Shown: positions 1 to 10,048, counted from the stretch's first letter. The stretch is 64,000 nucleotides of DNA from Lacisediminihabitans sp. (GCA_046597035.1 JBKJLH010000191.1:5790-69789); one strand, 5' to 3'. Numbers and translations are program-made. Notes: generated from the letters alone by a model not told the origin.

Positions 1-1
1 C

Positions 2-646
2 CGTGACGGGATAGTGGTGAGCGCACCTAATCTCGAGTGGACGAATGTGCCCCTTCGGACCGTGCTGTCCGATCGGTTCGGGGTCGCGGTGGTCGTGGCG
101 AACGATGCGAATGCGGCGCTGCTCGCCGAGCACAGTTTCGGCGCTGCCGCGGGTGACCTCATGCTTGTCCGCATCGGTCGCGGCGTTGGGGCCGGACTGC
201 TGATCGGCGGTAGCCCGGTCTCTGGCAGCCGATATGCAGCGGGGGAGATCGGACACGTCGTGGTCGGAACGGATGGTGGTGAGCGGTGTGGTTGCGGAAA
301 ACACGGCTGCCTCGAGACCTGGATCGCCGCGCCCCGACTCCAGGCGAAGCTGGCGAATACCGGTCCCGGCTCAGTCTGCGACGAGATCCTCCGTGAGGCA
401 GGCGCCCGCCTCGGAATGGCCCTCGCCCCGATCGTTGGTGCACTTGATCTCGGCGAAGTGGTGTTGAGCGGGCCGGAAGAACTCCTCGCCGGGATATTCG
501 TGGAGTCGACCCTCGAAACGGTCCGCAGTCGCACGATGGGCCAGCTGCCCGGGGGGTGTGAGTTGCGCATGACGACTCTTGGCGATGACATCGTGCTGCG
601 CGGTGCCGCGGTGATGGTGATTTCGGCCCGACTCGGGGTGTCCTGA
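2..646 (+). CDS. ROK family transcriptional regulator (NagC/XylR-like), 5'-partial
   Basis: ROK motifs NDANAAL, GxGxGAG, GEIGH, CGCGKHGCLE; the frame stays open to the window start. Confidence 0.85.
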   Translation, partial: RDGIVVSAPNLEWTNVPLRTVLSDRFGVAVVVANDANAALLAEHSFGAAAGDLMLVRIGRGVGAGLLIGGSPVSGSRYAAGEIGHVVVGTDGGERCGCGKHGCLETWIAAPRLQAKLANTGPGSVCDEILREAGARLGMALAPIVGALDLGEVVLSGPEELLAGIFVESTLETVRSRTMGQLPGGCELRMTTLGDDIVLRGAAVMVISARLGVS

Positions 647-668
647 CCTTTCGCTGGAGCGGATGGGG

Positions 669-685
669 TTAGTAAGCTTTACTAA
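669..685. promoter_or_regulatory. Candidate ROK-repressor operator palindrome TTAGTAA-GCT-TTACTAA
   Basis: 7-bp AT-rich inverted repeat in a GC-rich genome, between the ROK gene and nagZ. Confidence 0.55.
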
Positions 686-719
686 CAAACATCGATGTAG
701 CGGAACGAAAGGAGTCGCG

Positions 720-2192
720 GTGGGGCCCACTGAGCTGCAGATACAGGCCGAGGCGCGAATACTCAACCCGTTGGCGGTGCTGCTGCCCGGCTTCGTCGGC
801 ACTTCCCTGCCTAGCTGGCTCGATGCCCGACTCCGTGCCGGCCTCGCCGGCGTCTGCTTATTCGGGCAGAATATCGCCTCCCCGGCACAGCTCCGCGAGC
901 TCACCGCCGCCATCCGCGCGGCGAATCCACTCGCGGTGATCGCCGTCGATGAGGAGGGTGGAGATGTCACGCGCCTCCACGACCGGGTCGGGTCGCCCTA
1001 TCCGGGTAACGCGATCCTCGGTCGTATCGATGATGAGCGCTCGACGGCGTCGGTAGCGACCATGGTGGGCTGGGAGCTGCGCCGAGCGGGGTGCACTCTC
1101 GATCTTGCTCCGGATGTCGACATCAACTCGAACCCGGACAACCCCGTGATCGGCGTGCGGAGCTTCGGCACCGATCCGCTGCTCGTCGGCCGCCACAGCG
1201 CCGCCTGGATCACAGCCCTCCAGTCCACGGGGATCGACGCCAGCGCCAAGCACTTTCCGGGGCACGGAGACACCGCACTCGACTCTCACCTCTCCCTTCC
1301 CGTGATCGATCGGTCGCGTGATCAATTGCGCGACCGTGAACTCGTGCCCTTCGTCGCCGCCATCGCGGCCGGTGTACGCACGATAATGACCTCGCACATC
1401 ATGGTGCCGCAACTCGACCCGCGGTTTCCCGCGACCTTTTCGCCCGCGGTACTTCAGGGTCTCTTACGTGACGAACTGGGCTTCGCGGGCGTGATTGTCA
1501 CCGATGCTCTCGACATGGTGGGCGCCAGTGGCGAGATCGGCATTCCGGAGGCGGCGGTACGGGCCGTGAACGCTGGGTGCGATCTTCTCTGCATCGGCAC
1601 TGAGACTACCGGCGAACTACTCGATGCCATCGAGAGAGCGCTCGCCGACGCGGTGGCCGGCGGGAGGCTCACCGAAGAGCGTCTTGGCGAAGCGATCGGT
1701 CGAGTGGAGTCCCTCGTCCGGGAAGCGTCGGTGCAGCGAGGGAACATTCCGTTATCGGAATACACGGATGATCCGAGCTTCTCCCTGGAGCGCACGACAA
1801 CCGCGTTCGATGCCTCCGCCTTCCACGCGTCCGGCCTCGGGGTCGAGAGTGGGCGATCCCTCGTCGTGTTGGACACCGCGGCGAACATCGCCGTCGGGTC
1901 GTCTCCCTGGGGTCCGTCCGCGGCCGGCGCGCAGGTCTCAATCCTTCGCGACGGCGAGACGCTCGCACTGCCGGCGGGGGTGCAGCCCGTGATTGTCGGC
2001 AGGGGTAACCACCGCAGTCCATGGGTGCGCGCCCTCATCGATGACACACGGCGGCAGCATCCGTCCACCATCGTCGTGGAGATGGGGTGGCCGGGCGACA
2101 GCCGCCAGTACGCCGATATCGCCACGTTCGGGGCGTCACGCCACGCCGGACTCGCTCTTCTTCGCTGGCTGGAGTCGGAGGCGGTCAGATGA
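720..2192 (+). CDS. nagZ: GH3 beta-N-acetylhexosaminidase (NagZ-like)
   Basis: KHFPGHG-x4-DSH signature and TDAL motif; AAAGGAG RBS before GTG at 720. Confidence 0.88.
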   Translation: MGPTELQIQAEARILNPLAVLLPGFVGTSLPSWLDARLRAGLAGVCLFGQNIASPAQLRELTAAIRAANPLAVIAVDEEGGDVTRLHDRVGSPYPGNAILGRIDDERSTASVATMVGWELRRAGCTLDLAPDVDINSNPDNPVIGVRSFGTDPLLVGRHSAAWITALQSTGIDASAKHFPGHGDTALDSHLSLPVIDRSRDQLRDRELVPFVAAIAAGVRTIMTSHIMVPQLDPRFPATFSPAVLQGLLRDELGFAGVIVTDALDMVGASGEIGIPEAAVRAVNAGCDLLCIGTETTGELLDAIERALADAVAGGRLTEERLGEAIGRVESLVREASVQRGNIPLSEYTDDPSFSLERTTTAFDASAFHASGLGVESGRSLVVLDTAANIAVGSSPWGPSAAGAQVSILRDGETLALPAGVQPVIVGRGNHRSPWVRALIDDTRRQHPSTIVVEMGWPGDSRQYADIATFGASRHAGLALLRWLESEAVR

Positions 2193-3142
2193 GGGTCGGC
2201 GTGGATGTCGGAGGCACCAAAACCGATGCTGTGGCAATCGACGACGCCGGTAAGGTCCTGCACCAGCTGAGAGTGTCGACGGGATTTGGTCCCGCCGCCG
2301 TGCTGAAAACGACCGCGGGAGTCGTCTCGGCCCTCGCCTCGGCGGTGCGCGTGTCGGTCGCCAACATGGAATCGGTAGGGGTCGGGGTGCCCGGCGCGGT
2401 CGACAGCGCGAGCGGGAGGGTGTCGCATGCGGTCAACCTCGGTCTGTCCGAGCTCGAACTCGGCGGGGAACTCGCTCGGTTACTCGGTGTCGCGGTGCGG
2501 GTCGAGAATGATGTGAATGCCGCCGCCCTTGGGGCCTTCCACCTGCTCGGGCTGCCGCCGGTATCATCCATGGCCTACCTGAACCTCGGAACCGGGGTCG
2601 CCGCGGGCCTTGTGCTCGATGGTCGACTGTGGCGGGGCGCCCGGGGAACGGCGGGGGAGATCGGGCATATCCCGGTCGATCCCGACGGCCCGCTCTGCCA
2701 GTGCGGACAGCGCGGATGCCTCGAAATGGTGGCTTCGGGATCCGCCGTGTCCCGGCAATGGCCGAGCGAGGCGGCCTCGCCCGTCCACGCGCTCTTCGAC
2801 GCGGCGGATGCGGGTGAATCGCTGGCCATCGACGTGCGTGACCGCTTCCTCGTGAATGTGGCCTCCGCGGTGCGCATACTCGCGTTGAGCATCGACGCAG
2901 AGGCGGTGGTGATCGGAGGTGGTATCAGCTCGCTCGGTGAGGCACTTCTCGCAGGAATCCGCGCCGTGCACGACGGGTGGTCGGAGTCCTCGCCGTTTCT
3001 CGCCTCACTCCGGCTGTCCGAGCGCGTGCGGCTGGTGCCGTCGGGATCCCCGGTTTCGGCAATCGGAGCCGCGCTCGTCGGTGCGACAGCGCACGACGCC
3101 AGCCACATTCAGACCAACCGGAGGACATCGACTGATGGCTGA
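2189..3142 (+). CDS. ROK family sugar kinase (probable GlcNAc kinase)
   Basis: GVDVGGTK, ENDVNAAALG, GEIGH, CQCGQRGCLE; ATGA overlap with the nagZ stop. Confidence 0.85.
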   Translation: MRVGVDVGGTKTDAVAIDDAGKVLHQLRVSTGFGPAAVLKTTAGVVSALASAVRVSVANMESVGVGVPGAVDSASGRVSHAVNLGLSELELGGELARLLGVAVRVENDVNAAALGAFHLLGLPPVSSMAYLNLGTGVAAGLVLDGRLWRGARGTAGEIGHIPVDPDGPLCQCGQRGCLEMVASGSAVSRQWPSEAASPVHALFDAADAGESLAIDVRDRFLVNVASAVRILALSIDAEAVVIGGGISSLGEALLAGIRAVHDGWSESSPFLASLRLSERVRLVPSGSPVSAIGAALVGATAHDASHIQTNRRTSTDG

Positions 3143-3905
3143 GATCGTGATCGTGGATGGCACCGAAACGGCAGGAGAATTGGCGGCGGACGCCATCCTC
3201 GCACTCGTCGCAAGGAGGACGGATGCCGTTCTCGGCCTCGCGACGGGATCGACTCCACTGGGAGTCTGGCGCGCCCTCGAGGCGCGACGGGCGGATCTCT
3301 CTCGCGTGCGCGGCTTCGCGCTCGATGAATATGTCGGCCTGCCAGAGGGGCATCCCGAAAGCTACCGCGCCGTGATCCTGCGAGAGGTGGTCGAACCTCT
3401 CGGACTGGACGAATCGCTGGTCGCCGTCCCCGGGCACCTCGGGCCGATCGAGACGGCGGGGGAGGACTACGAACGGGCGATCCGGGCGGCCGGGGGAGTG
3501 GACCTGCAGGTGCTCGGAATCGGCACCGACGGGCATATCGGATTCAACGAGCCGGGCTCCTCATTCGAGTCTCTCACCCGTGTCAAGACCCTGACACAGC
3601 AGACCCGCAAGGACAACGCCCGGTTCTTCGCTTCGGTCGCGGAGGTGCCGATCAACTGCATCACCCAGGGACTCGGTACCATCCGACGCGCACGTCACCT
3701 GGTGCTGCTCGCTTTCGGCGAGGGAAAGGCGGCGGCGATCGCGGCGGCTGTCGAGGGGCCGGTGACGGCGAGCGCTCCGGGGTCGGCAATTCAGCTGCAT
3801 CCGCACGTCACCGTAATCGTGGACGAGGCCGCGGCATCCGCCCTCGCCAACATCGACTACTACCGCTACGCCTGGGCGAACAAGCCCCAGTGGGAATCGC
3901 TGTAG
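3135..3905 (+). CDS. nagB: Glucosamine-6-phosphate deaminase
   Basis: GLATGSTP, LDEYVGL, LGIGTDGHIGFNEP motifs. Confidence 0.95.
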   Translation: MAEIVIVDGTETAGELAADAILALVARRTDAVLGLATGSTPLGVWRALEARRADLSRVRGFALDEYVGLPEGHPESYRAVILREVVEPLGLDESLVAVPGHLGPIETAGEDYERAIRAAGGVDLQVLGIGTDGHIGFNEPGSSFESLTRVKTLTQQTRKDNARFFASVAEVPINCITQGLGTIRRARHLVLLAFGEGKAAAIAAAVEGPVTASAPGSAIQLHPHVTVIVDEAAASALANIDYYRYAWANKPQWESL

Positions 3906-3915
3906 TCGCGGTCGG

Positions 3916-5049
3916 TTACAACTTCGCACCGGCGGCCCACACCTGGGTGACGCGCCAGTCGTGATCGAGCAGTACCGCGTCTGCGGCGAAGCCCGGTGCG
4001 AGGTAACCAAAACGGTGGCCGTAGCCGATCGCCGTGGCCGGCGTCGTCGTGAGGGCGGCGATCGCGTCTCGCGGGGAGACTCCGGCCGACTCGATCGCGC
4101 AGCGCAATGCGGCATCCTGGGTGAGGGTGGAACCGGCGATCGTTGAGGTTCCGGACAGCACCGCGCGGCCGTCCTGCACCGTCACGTTGAGGGATCCCAG
4201 ACGGTAATCCCCGTCATCGGCAGCGGCAGCAGCCATCGCGTCGGTGATGAGCGCAACGCGACCCGGCGCCGAACGGAACACCATCGCCGCGACATCCGGG
4301 TGCACATGGAGCCCGTCGAGGATCAGTTCGATGGTCACCCGTTCATCTTCGAAGGCGGCGATGATCGGACCCGGCGCCCGATGGTGGATGGGCGGCATGG
4401 CATTGAAGACATGGGTGAGAAGGCGCGCACCACGATCGAAGGCTTCGCGGGTGAGATCGAGCCCGGCATCGCTGTGGCCGACGGCCACTGTCACGCCCAG
4501 CTCTACGAGCACATCGATCGCCTCGAGCGCACCCTCCCTTTCGGGCGCGATAGTGATCTGGCGCAGCGTGCCGCGTGCCGATCCGAGCAGTTCTTCGACC
4601 GCCCACGGCAGCGGGTCGAGCAGAAACTGGGGGTTGTGGGCGCCGCGGCGATCCGCTGAGAGGAACGGTCCCTCGAGATGAGAGCCAAGCACAAGTGGAT
4701 CGGCTGCCGCGAGTTCGGCGATCACGCCGAGGCTCTCACGCAACTGGGCGACGGGATTCGCGACCAGGCTGATCACCGATCGGGTGGTGCCGTGGGCGCG
4801 ATGCGCGTCGAGCGCGGCGGAGATCTCTTCCCCACCGTCGTCGAAGGAGTGCCCACCGCCGCCGTGGGCGTGCAGGTCGACGAAACCGGGCACGAACCAG
4901 CGCCCGTCGACGTCGACACTGATGTCGGCCTCGGGATGCTGCGGGCCGGAGCCGACGGATTCGATCGTGTCGCCGCGCACGAGCATCCAGAAGTCGTCAA
5001 CCTGACCGTTGGCGTCGAGTTTGCGCGCCCCGTGGAAAAGCGTTGTCAT
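3916..5049 (-). CDS. nagA: N-acetylglucosamine-6-phosphate deacetylase
   Basis: PGFVDLHAHG, HLEGPFL, THVFNAM, LITDAM, IAGS motifs; start MTTLFHG. Confidence 0.93.
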   Translation of the reverse strand: MTTLFHGARKLDANGQVDDFWMLVRGDTIESVGSGPQHPEADISVDVDGRWFVPGFVDLHAHGGGGHSFDDGGEEISAALDAHRAHGTTRSVISLVANPVAQLRESLGVIAELAAADPLVLGSHLEGPFLSADRRGAHNPQFLLDPLPWAVEELLGSARGTLRQITIAPEREGALEAIDVLVELGVTVAVGHSDAGLDLTREAFDRGARLLTHVFNAMPPIHHRAPGPIIAAFEDERVTIELILDGLHVHPDVAAMVFRSAPGRVALITDAMAAAAADDGDYRLGSLNVTVQDGRAVLSGTSTIAGSTLTQDAALRCAIESAGVSPRDAIAALTTTPATAIGYGHRFGYLAPGFAADAVLLDHDWRVTQVWAAGAKL

Positions 5050-5438
5050 CGCGGTTCCCCCTCCTGTGCTGTCACTTCTCTGGCAATTTCTGCGCGGCCG
5101 GCGATCACTCCGCTGATGGCGGCGACGATGCCGAAGGCGATGCCGACCAGGGGATAGCCCACCATGAACCACACCGCAACGGCGGCACCCAGCACGAAGA
5201 TCTCAACGATCCACCGGCCGACGACATCGAGCGGGAAGACCGCCTTCGGTGAGCGGAACAGGGCCCACAGCACCGCGGCGAACAGGGGAGCCCCGATCAT
5301 GAACAGCACTCCCGGCCACGGGAACGGCCACGCCAGATAGCCCCAGAACCCGAGCGAGAACAGGGCGAAGAGTTCAAGCACGAAACGCAGCACATCGTTC
5401 GGTCCGATTCGAACCCCAACGGTTCCTGACGTTGTCAC
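5046..5438 (-). CDS. YrdB/DUF2568-like small membrane protein
   Basis: LRFVLEL...W..F.SPKA pattern and hydrophobic helices; GTG start 6 nt after TATTCT. Confidence 0.7.
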   Translation of the reverse strand: MTTSGTVGVRIGPNDVLRFVLELFALFSLGFWGYLAWPFPWPGVLFMIGAPLFAAVLWALFRSPKAVFPLDVVGRWIVEIFVLGAAVAVWFMVGYPLVGIAFGIVAAISGVIAGRAEIAREVTAQEGEPR

Positions 5439-5500
5439 TCCCCCAGAATAGCGACGCATTGACTGGCTGTCATGGAGGGGGAGAGCGTGGGCACACAGAG

Positions 5501-5524
5501 TGGACAGGTCTGAACAGGTATAGT
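5501..5524 (+). promoter_or_regulatory. Direct repeat TGGACAGGTC/TGAACAGGTA abutting a -10 TATAGT; candidate GntR operator
   Basis: 10-nt direct repeat with 8/10 identity, upstream of an operon that encodes a GntR. Confidence 0.4.
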
Positions 5525-5556
5525 GACAAAATCCACTTCAATCGAGGAGAATTCCT

Positions 5557-7032
5557 GTGAGTACGACCGAGTCCCCCCCAATCGCCCGAGGCATCGAGCT
5601 CAACGGCATCAACACGATCCAGGAGTCCGAACGTAGGGGAAAGGCATCCAGTCTGTTCTGGCCGTGGTTCGGCGCTAACGTGTCGGTATTCGGCATCAGT
5701 TACGGATCGTTCATCCTCGGCTTCGGCATCTCCTTCGTGCAGGCGACCGTCGTGAGCGTCATCGGCATCATCGTCTCGTTTCTGCTCTGTGGGATCATCG
5801 CTCTCGCGGGCAAGCGCGGCTCCGCTCCCACCATGGTGCTCAGCCGTGCGGCGTTCGGTGTACGGGGTAACCGGGTTCCCGCCGTGCTGTCGTGGGTGCT
5901 CACTGTGGGCTGGGAGACGGCGCTGACGGCGCTTGCCGTGCTCGCGACATCCACCGTCTTCCGAGAGCTCGGTTTCGATGGCGGGGTAGCGACCAAGATC
6001 GTCGCCCTGATCGTGATCGCCGCCCTCATTGTGATCGCTGGGGTCATCGGCATCGACTTCATCATGCGATTACAGGTGTGGATCACCGTGATCACGGGCG
6101 TACTCACGATCGTCTATGTCGTCCTCGCATTGCCGAGTATCGATTTCTCGAAGATCGCCGCCATTCCAGCCGGGCAACCCCAGGCGGTCATCGGCGCGTT
6201 CGTCCTCGTCATGACCGGCTTCGGGCTCGGCTGGGTCAACGCGGCAGCAGATTACTCGCGGTACCTCCCTCGATCCACTCGAAGCTCGGCGGTAATCGGA
6301 TGGACGACCTTCGGGGCCGCCGTCGCTCCGATCGTGCTCGTCGTGTTCGGCCTCCTGCTCGCCGGGTCGTCGTCCAAGCTGAGTTCCGCAATCAGCGGCG
6401 ATCCAATCGGCGCTCTCACCTCGATCCTGCCGGTCTGGTTCCTGATCCCCTTCGCGCTCGTCGCCGTGCTCGGGCTTGTCGGTGGCGCAGTGCTCGATAT
6501 CTACTCGTCCGGCCTCGCCCTCCTCAGCGCGGGCATCCGCATTCCGCGGTTCGCCGCGGCGGGGATCGACGGCGTGGTCATGATCGTCGGTGCGATCGTC
6601 GTCGTGTTCTTCGCGTCGAACTTCATCGGTCCATTCCAGGGCTTCCTCATCACGCTCGGCGTGCCGGTGGCAGCGTGGTGTGGGGTGATGGTCGCCGACG
6701 TGATCCTTCGCCGAAAGAACTACGCCGAGGCCGAGCTGTATTCGACCACAGGACGCTACGGCGACGTTCGCTGGCTGCCGATCCTGCTCATCGTCGTCGG
6801 CACCGGTCTCGGCTGGGGGCTCGTCGTCGCCACCGCCGACGTGCCGTGGCTCAACTGGCAGGGGTACTTCCTCGGCCCGCTCGGCCTCGCGAAAGACTGG
6901 TCCTACGCCAACCTCGGCGTGCTCGCGGCGCTCCTGATCGGTTTCCTCGGCACGGTCATCTTCAGTCGGGCGACCATCCGGCGCCAGGAGGCTCTGCCGA
7001 TCGAGGAGCCCGTCGAGACTGTCGTGCGATGA
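5557..7032 (+). CDS. NCS1/purine-cytosine permease family transporter
   Basis: LFWPWFGAN, SRAAFG, GWE, W...AADYSRY motifs; about 12 TM segments. Confidence 0.88.
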   Translation: MSTTESPPIARGIELNGINTIQESERRGKASSLFWPWFGANVSVFGISYGSFILGFGISFVQATVVSVIGIIVSFLLCGIIALAGKRGSAPTMVLSRAAFGVRGNRVPAVLSWVLTVGWETALTALAVLATSTVFRELGFDGGVATKIVALIVIAALIVIAGVIGIDFIMRLQVWITVITGVLTIVYVVLALPSIDFSKIAAIPAGQPQAVIGAFVLVMTGFGLGWVNAAADYSRYLPRSTRSSAVIGWTTFGAAVAPIVLVVFGLLLAGSSSKLSSAISGDPIGALTSILPVWFLIPFALVAVLGLVGGAVLDIYSSGLALLSAGIRIPRFAAAGIDGVVMIVGAIVVVFFASNFIGPFQGFLITLGVPVAAWCGVMVADVILRRKNYAEAELYSTTGRYGDVRWLPILLIVVGTGLGWGLVVATADVPWLNWQGYFLGPLGLAKDWSYANLGVLAALLIGFLGTVIFSRATIRRQEALPIEEPVETVVR

Positions 7033-7568
7033 GCAAGCCCTGGCTCGTCGTGATCGATATGCAGGTGGTATTCGGTGACCCGTCGAGCGCCTGGTTCACC
7101 CCGGGCTACTCGGCCATCGAGCCGACGGTGGCACGGCTGGTCGAACACTTCGGTGAGCGGGTCGTGCTTACGCGATTCATCGCGCCGGAGCATCCGACCG
7201 GCGCGTGGGTGCCGTATTACGAGCTGTGGCCATTCGCTCTGGTGCACCACACCGACCCGCTCTACGAATTGATGCCCGCATTCCTCGGCACCGGTCATCC
7301 GCAGATCTCGAGAACGACCTTCGGTAAGTGGGGTGACGAGCTCTCCACGATCATCGGACCGGATGCCGCGGTGGTGCTGGCCGGCGTCTCGACCGACTGC
7401 TGCGTGCTCTCGACCGCCCTCGCCGCGGCGGATGCCGGCGTGCGCGTGAGCGTGGTGGAGGATGCCTGCGCCGGCCTCACCGCCGCCGACCACCAGCGTG
7501 CGCTCGATGCGATGGCGCTCTACGGCCCGCTGATCGAGATCACGACCGCTGATACCGTGCTCTCATGA
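7029..7568 (+). CDS. Isochorismatase-family cysteine hydrolase (amidohydrolase)
   Basis: VVIDMQ and GVSTDCCV motifs; ATGA overlap with the permease. Confidence 0.85.
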   Translation: MSKPWLVVIDMQVVFGDPSSAWFTPGYSAIEPTVARLVEHFGERVVLTRFIAPEHPTGAWVPYYELWPFALVHHTDPLYELMPAFLGTGHPQISRTTFGKWGDELSTIIGPDAAVVLAGVSTDCCVLSTALAAADAGVRVSVVEDACAGLTAADHQRALDAMALYGPLIEITTADTVLS

Positions 7569-8293
7569 CACCGAGCGGTGCAAAAGTCACCGGGCTCAAG
7601 CACGAGGAGATCGCCCGCATCCTCACCGATGAGATCCGAGATGGACGGGTCGCCTACGGGCTGCAGCTTCCCGGGGAGACGACCCTCGCCGAGAGGTTCT
7701 CAGTGAGCCGTAATACTGTTCGTGCCGCGCTCATCGAACTCGGGCGCGCGGGGCTCATCAGCACGCGGTCGGGCAAGGGCTCCTTTGTCACCTACGATGG
7801 CCGACCGCTCAACGTGAGGCTCGGCTGGGCGCGCGCGCTCCAGCAGCAGGGCCTCCGGACATCGGTTCGGGTTGTGCGCGCCGAGCAAGTGGAGGATGCC
7901 GCCCTCGCTGCGGCCCTCGGTGAACCGAGTGAGCACTTCATCGCCATCGATCGCCTCCGTTCGATCGTGGATGGCCCGGTGATCTCTTACGAGAGGTCGC
8001 GAGTTCGATCGACCCCGCGGGCGGTCGACGCGGTCGCCGACGGCAAGGCCGCGGGTTCGCTCACCCGGATGCTGCTCGAGGCGGGGCTCGTCGCCTCCGT
8101 CGGCGAACAGTGGGTGGAGGTGCGGATGCTCGATGAGGCCGATGCCGACATGCTCGACCGGGCTCCCGACACCGCCTTCCTCTGGTCGCGCTGCGTCACC
8201 CGCAACACCGTCGGAGAGCTCGTCGAGCATGTGGAGAGCCTGCTCGATCCCGCACATTTCAGCCTGCATTTCCAGTTCTCGGCGCACGAGTGA
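7565..8293 (+). CDS. GntR family regulator (HutC/UTRA type)
   Basis: LPGETTLAERFSVSRNTVRAAL wHTH plus a UTRA-like C-terminus. Confidence 0.88.
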   Translation: MTPSGAKVTGLKHEEIARILTDEIRDGRVAYGLQLPGETTLAERFSVSRNTVRAALIELGRAGLISTRSGKGSFVTYDGRPLNVRLGWARALQQQGLRTSVRVVRAEQVEDAALAAALGEPSEHFIAIDRLRSIVDGPVISYERSRVRSTPRAVDAVADGKAAGSLTRMLLEAGLVASVGEQWVEVRMLDEADADMLDRAPDTAFLWSRCVTRNTVGELVEHVESLLDPAHFSLHFQFSAHE

Positions 8294-8392
8294 CGGCGCG
8301 TTGTCAGGTTTGCGCCACCCTCACGGTCACGCCGCGCTCCGGCGACCACGCCGATCGCCGCGGTCGATGCAAGCGCTCCTCGATGCCGGGAG

Positions 8393-9031
8393 CTAAGGCT
8401 GCAGTCGCTCCAGACTCCATCCGCCGTCGATGGCCGTGAAGACCAGTCGATCGTGCAGGCGCGAGGTGCGTCCCTGCCAGAATTCGATCGTGCTCGGCAC
8501 GACTCGGAATGCGCCCCACTGTTCGGGGCGCGGCACAGTCGAGCCTTCCGGATAGTGCGCCTCGAGCTCGAGCATCCGGTCTTCGAGCACCTGGCGAGAG
8601 GCGACCGGCTGCGACTGCTCGCTGGCGAGCGCTGCAAGACGAGATCCATGAGGACGGCCGGCGAAGTACGCGTCGGAGGTGGCGGCATCCGTGCGGTGCG
8701 CCACCCCGCGCACGATCACCTGCCGGGTGAGCTGGTACCAGGGGAAGAGCAGCGACACAGCCGGATGCGCGGACAGTGCCTGCCCTTTGTGGGACCGGTA
8801 GTTCGTCACGAACTCGAAGGCCGCGTTGTCGAGCCCCTTGAGTAGCACTGTGCGGCTGCTCGGCGTGCCATCGGCATCCACGGTGCTCACCACCATCGCG
8901 TTCGGCTCGAAGATCTCGGCATCCTCGGCCGCGGAGAGCCAGGCGGCGAACTGGGCCATCGGGTCGCGGAGCACCTCCGACTCGGAGAGGCCGGTCGATC
9001 CGTAGTCGGTGTGTCGTTCGAGTGAGCTCAT
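8393..9031 (-). CDS. pdxH: Pyridoxamine 5'-phosphate oxidase
   Basis: SRTVLLK, LLFPW, EFWQGRTSRLHDR. Confidence 0.95.
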   Translation of the reverse strand: MSSLERHTDYGSTGLSESEVLRDPMAQFAAWLSAAEDAEIFEPNAMVVSTVDADGTPSSRTVLLKGLDNAAFEFVTNYRSHKGQALSAHPAVSLLFPWYQLTRQVIVRGVAHRTDAATSDAYFAGRPHGSRLAALASEQSQPVASRQVLEDRMLELEAHYPEGSTVPRPEQWGAFRVVPSTIEFWQGRTSRLHDRLVFTAIDGGWSLERLQP

Positions 9032-9077
9032 GGCCCGATCCTAGGCACCTCGGCTGGAAGTACTTCCTCCCCGTTCC

Positions 9078-9171
9078 GGCATAACTCCTGCAATCCGGGA
9101 GGGATTGGGCGGCGGCCCGTGCGCGCGCGGTAAGGCGCTGGCTCCCGCCGGCAAATCGCAGGAGTTATGCC
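9078..9171. repeat. Intergenic inverted repeat, 14-bp perfect arms (REP-like)
   Basis: GGCATAACTCCTGC at 9078-9091 and GCAGGAGTTATGCC at 9158-9171. Confidence 0.75.
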
Positions 9172-9187
9172 ACGGGAAGAGGGAGCG

Positions 9188-10048
9188 TTACTTGAAGATG
9201 ATCGTGCGGGCGCCGTCGCGCAGCACGCGACTCTCGGCGAACCACTTGACCGCCTGGGTGAGGGTGCGGGATTCCTCGTCCTGCCCGATCGCCATCAGCT
9301 CGGCGGGCGTTCCGGAATGGTCGACGCGCACCACATTTTGCTCGATGATCGGGCCCTCGTCGAGGTCGCTTGTCACGAAATGAGCGGTTGCCCCGATGAG
9401 CTTCACGCCGCGGGCATGCGCCTGGCGGTAGGGATTCGCGCCCTTGAACCCCGGCAGGAAGGAGTGGTGGATGTTGATGATGCGCCCCGACAGTCGGTCG
9501 CAGAGGGCGGGTGACAGGATCTGCATGTACCGCGCCAACACCACCAGCTCGATGTCGAACTGTTCGACCGCATCGAGCACGCGGTCCTCGAACGCCAGTT
9601 TCTGGCCCTCGGAGGCCACGGGGTGCGACTCGAACGGAACACCGTAGAACTCGGCGAGACCACCAAGCGCCGGGTGATTGCTCAGCACGAGGGGGACCTG
9701 CACCGGGAGCTGTGCGGCACGCTGGCGAAACAGTAGGTCGTTCAGGCAGTGTGCGGCGGTGGAGACCAGGACGAGGGTGCGAAGGGGGCGGCCGACGATA
9801 TCCAGTGTCCAGGTCGCGTCGTAGTGCGCGGTGACCGGCACGATTGCAGCTTCAAAGGCTTCGCGGGTGACGGCAGATTGCACCTGGAGCCTCATGAAGA
9901 AGGTGCCGGTGTCGGCGCTCGAGAACTGCTGCGATTCCGTGATGTTGCCGCCGGCGGTCACGATCGCTCCGCTGATGGCGTGGACGATGCCCGGCCGGTC
10001 CGAGCAGACGAGGGTCAGCACCCAGTGGATCGATGGCAGAGAGGTCAT
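9188..10048 (-). CDS. purU: Formyltetrahydrofolate deformylase
   Basis: N-terminal ACT domain (CSDRPGIV), LARYMQILS, INIHHSFLP, GATAHFVT..LDEGPIIEQ. Confidence 0.95.
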   Translation of the reverse strand: MTSLPSIHWVLTLVCSDRPGIVHAISGAIVTAGGNITESQQFSSADTGTFFMRLQVQSAVTREAFEAAIVPVTAHYDATWTLDIVGRPLRTLVLVSTAAHCLNDLLFRQRAAQLPVQVPLVLSNHPALGGLAEFYGVPFESHPVASEGQKLAFEDRVLDAVEQFDIELVVLARYMQILSPALCDRLSGRIINIHHSFLPGFKGANPYRQAHARGVKLIGATAHFVTSDLDEGPIIEQNVVRVDHSGTPAELMAIGQDEESRTLTQAVKWFAESRVLRDGARTIIFK

